From the NCBI RefSeq assembly GCF_001194135.2, contig NC_068983.1, positions 14,543,094 to 14,607,093 of the forward strand: 64,000 nt of DNA. Reading direction: 5' to 3'. A model generated the notes under the pieces. It searched no databases. It had not been told where the DNA came from and saw only the letters and a program-made list of their open reading frames with translations. Below are positions 63,014-64,000 of this stretch, piece after piece. Numbering within the stretch: position 1 is the first letter of the stretch; the number at the start of each line of letters is the position of its first letter. A program made the position numbers and the translations under genes. Source of the DNA: Octopus bimaculoides. Its lineage: Eukaryota.

Positions 63014-64000
63014 GGTGGGTTTCTATCACTTGCTGTCTTTCTAGTCTACTCCTCAAACGGATTTGGTTCACCCGGGGCAATAACACACGACAGTTATCCA
63101 AGTTGCTACGCGGTGGGACCGAACCTATAACGATGCGGTTCGGAAGCAAACTTCTTCCTATACTGCCACACACATTATATTTATGGGTTGATGAATGGAA
63201 GGATGGATGGATGTAAATATCGCGTGATTTACAAATTATAGTATTTTCGAAGAAATATGTAATTTCAGCAAGAAATAAGTTTCGTTATTCACCGTTCCAC
63301 AACTCATTATTTCACTTGAGATGCAAATCAGCAACATTTTATTTATGTATTTATTTAATATTTTTATATGTTTATTTATGTATTGAGATTAAATTATTGT
63401 AAGGTCGTTCGAAGTCAATTGTGGATTTTGACGTGTTATAATATTAAATTTCGAATTAATAAGTGCGTGTATAAATGTGTGTTTAAACGCACGGAGGCAC
63501 ATGCACGTGAACGTGGACTTTCAAGAGTGTGTGTATATATATATATATTATATTATATTATATATATATTTTCAATGTGTGTCTCTATGTGTGTGTGTGT
63601 TTGTACCTAAGAGTGTATATAGAGGCATAGAATCATATTTGTATGCATGCATTTATGTATATGTTTGTGTGTGTAGGTATTGTATGCATGTGTGTCGAAC
63701 TCGTTAATCTGTCAATCTTCATACACACATTCTCACACACGCACACACACTCAAACATGCGCATGTGCATGTGTGTGTGTGTGTGTGTTTGTGTATAGAA
63801 ATTATACACATGATGATATATTTCAGAAGAGAATATAAACGAATTACAAGGAACACAACATGTGGTGTCCACACACTTTTCAACATTTGTCTCCATTTTC
63901 CATGAGTTGACTTCAGTTTGAAAGTGTAACCGTCTGTGTGTTTGACTGTCTTGTCTATCTATCTATCTATCTATCTATCTAATGCTTATATATATATATA

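Overview
AT-rich, microsatellite-dense eukaryotic DNA with 10 assembly gaps. The SINE families and repeat content look like octopus (coleoid cephalopod); this is recognised from memory, not from a search. No intact protein-coding gene is recognisable, so the window reads as intergenic or deep intronic. Almost all of the supplied ORF track is microsatellite, N-gap or antisense-TE artefact. The window is a transposon graveyard. It has four tRNA-headed SINE families (about 35 copies or fragments), LINE relics (R4/Dong RLE, RTE-like, Tx1/L1-like, CR1-like, Penelope-like), a 166-bp solo LTR with a 5-bp TSD, decayed hAT, mariner (DD34D) and Helitron coding remnants, two Tc1/mariner-type MITEs, and a 1.15-kb foldback element with 380-bp inverted arms. 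The most interesting signal is a dispersed structured repeat, present at 47.1 kb (+) and 21.8 kb (-). It folds as a minimal type-I hammerhead ribozyme with a palindromic stem III, but its core reads GUGAACA instead of CUGANGA, a compensatory G3:C8 swap. It may be a Penelope-dependent, retrozyme-like element. Also noted: a GC-rich structured island at 62.4-62.9 kb, several clean minus-strand candidate exons, and two promoter-like motif clusters. Coordinates of degenerate repeats are approximate (about +/-20 bp) unless a TSD or TIR is quoted.
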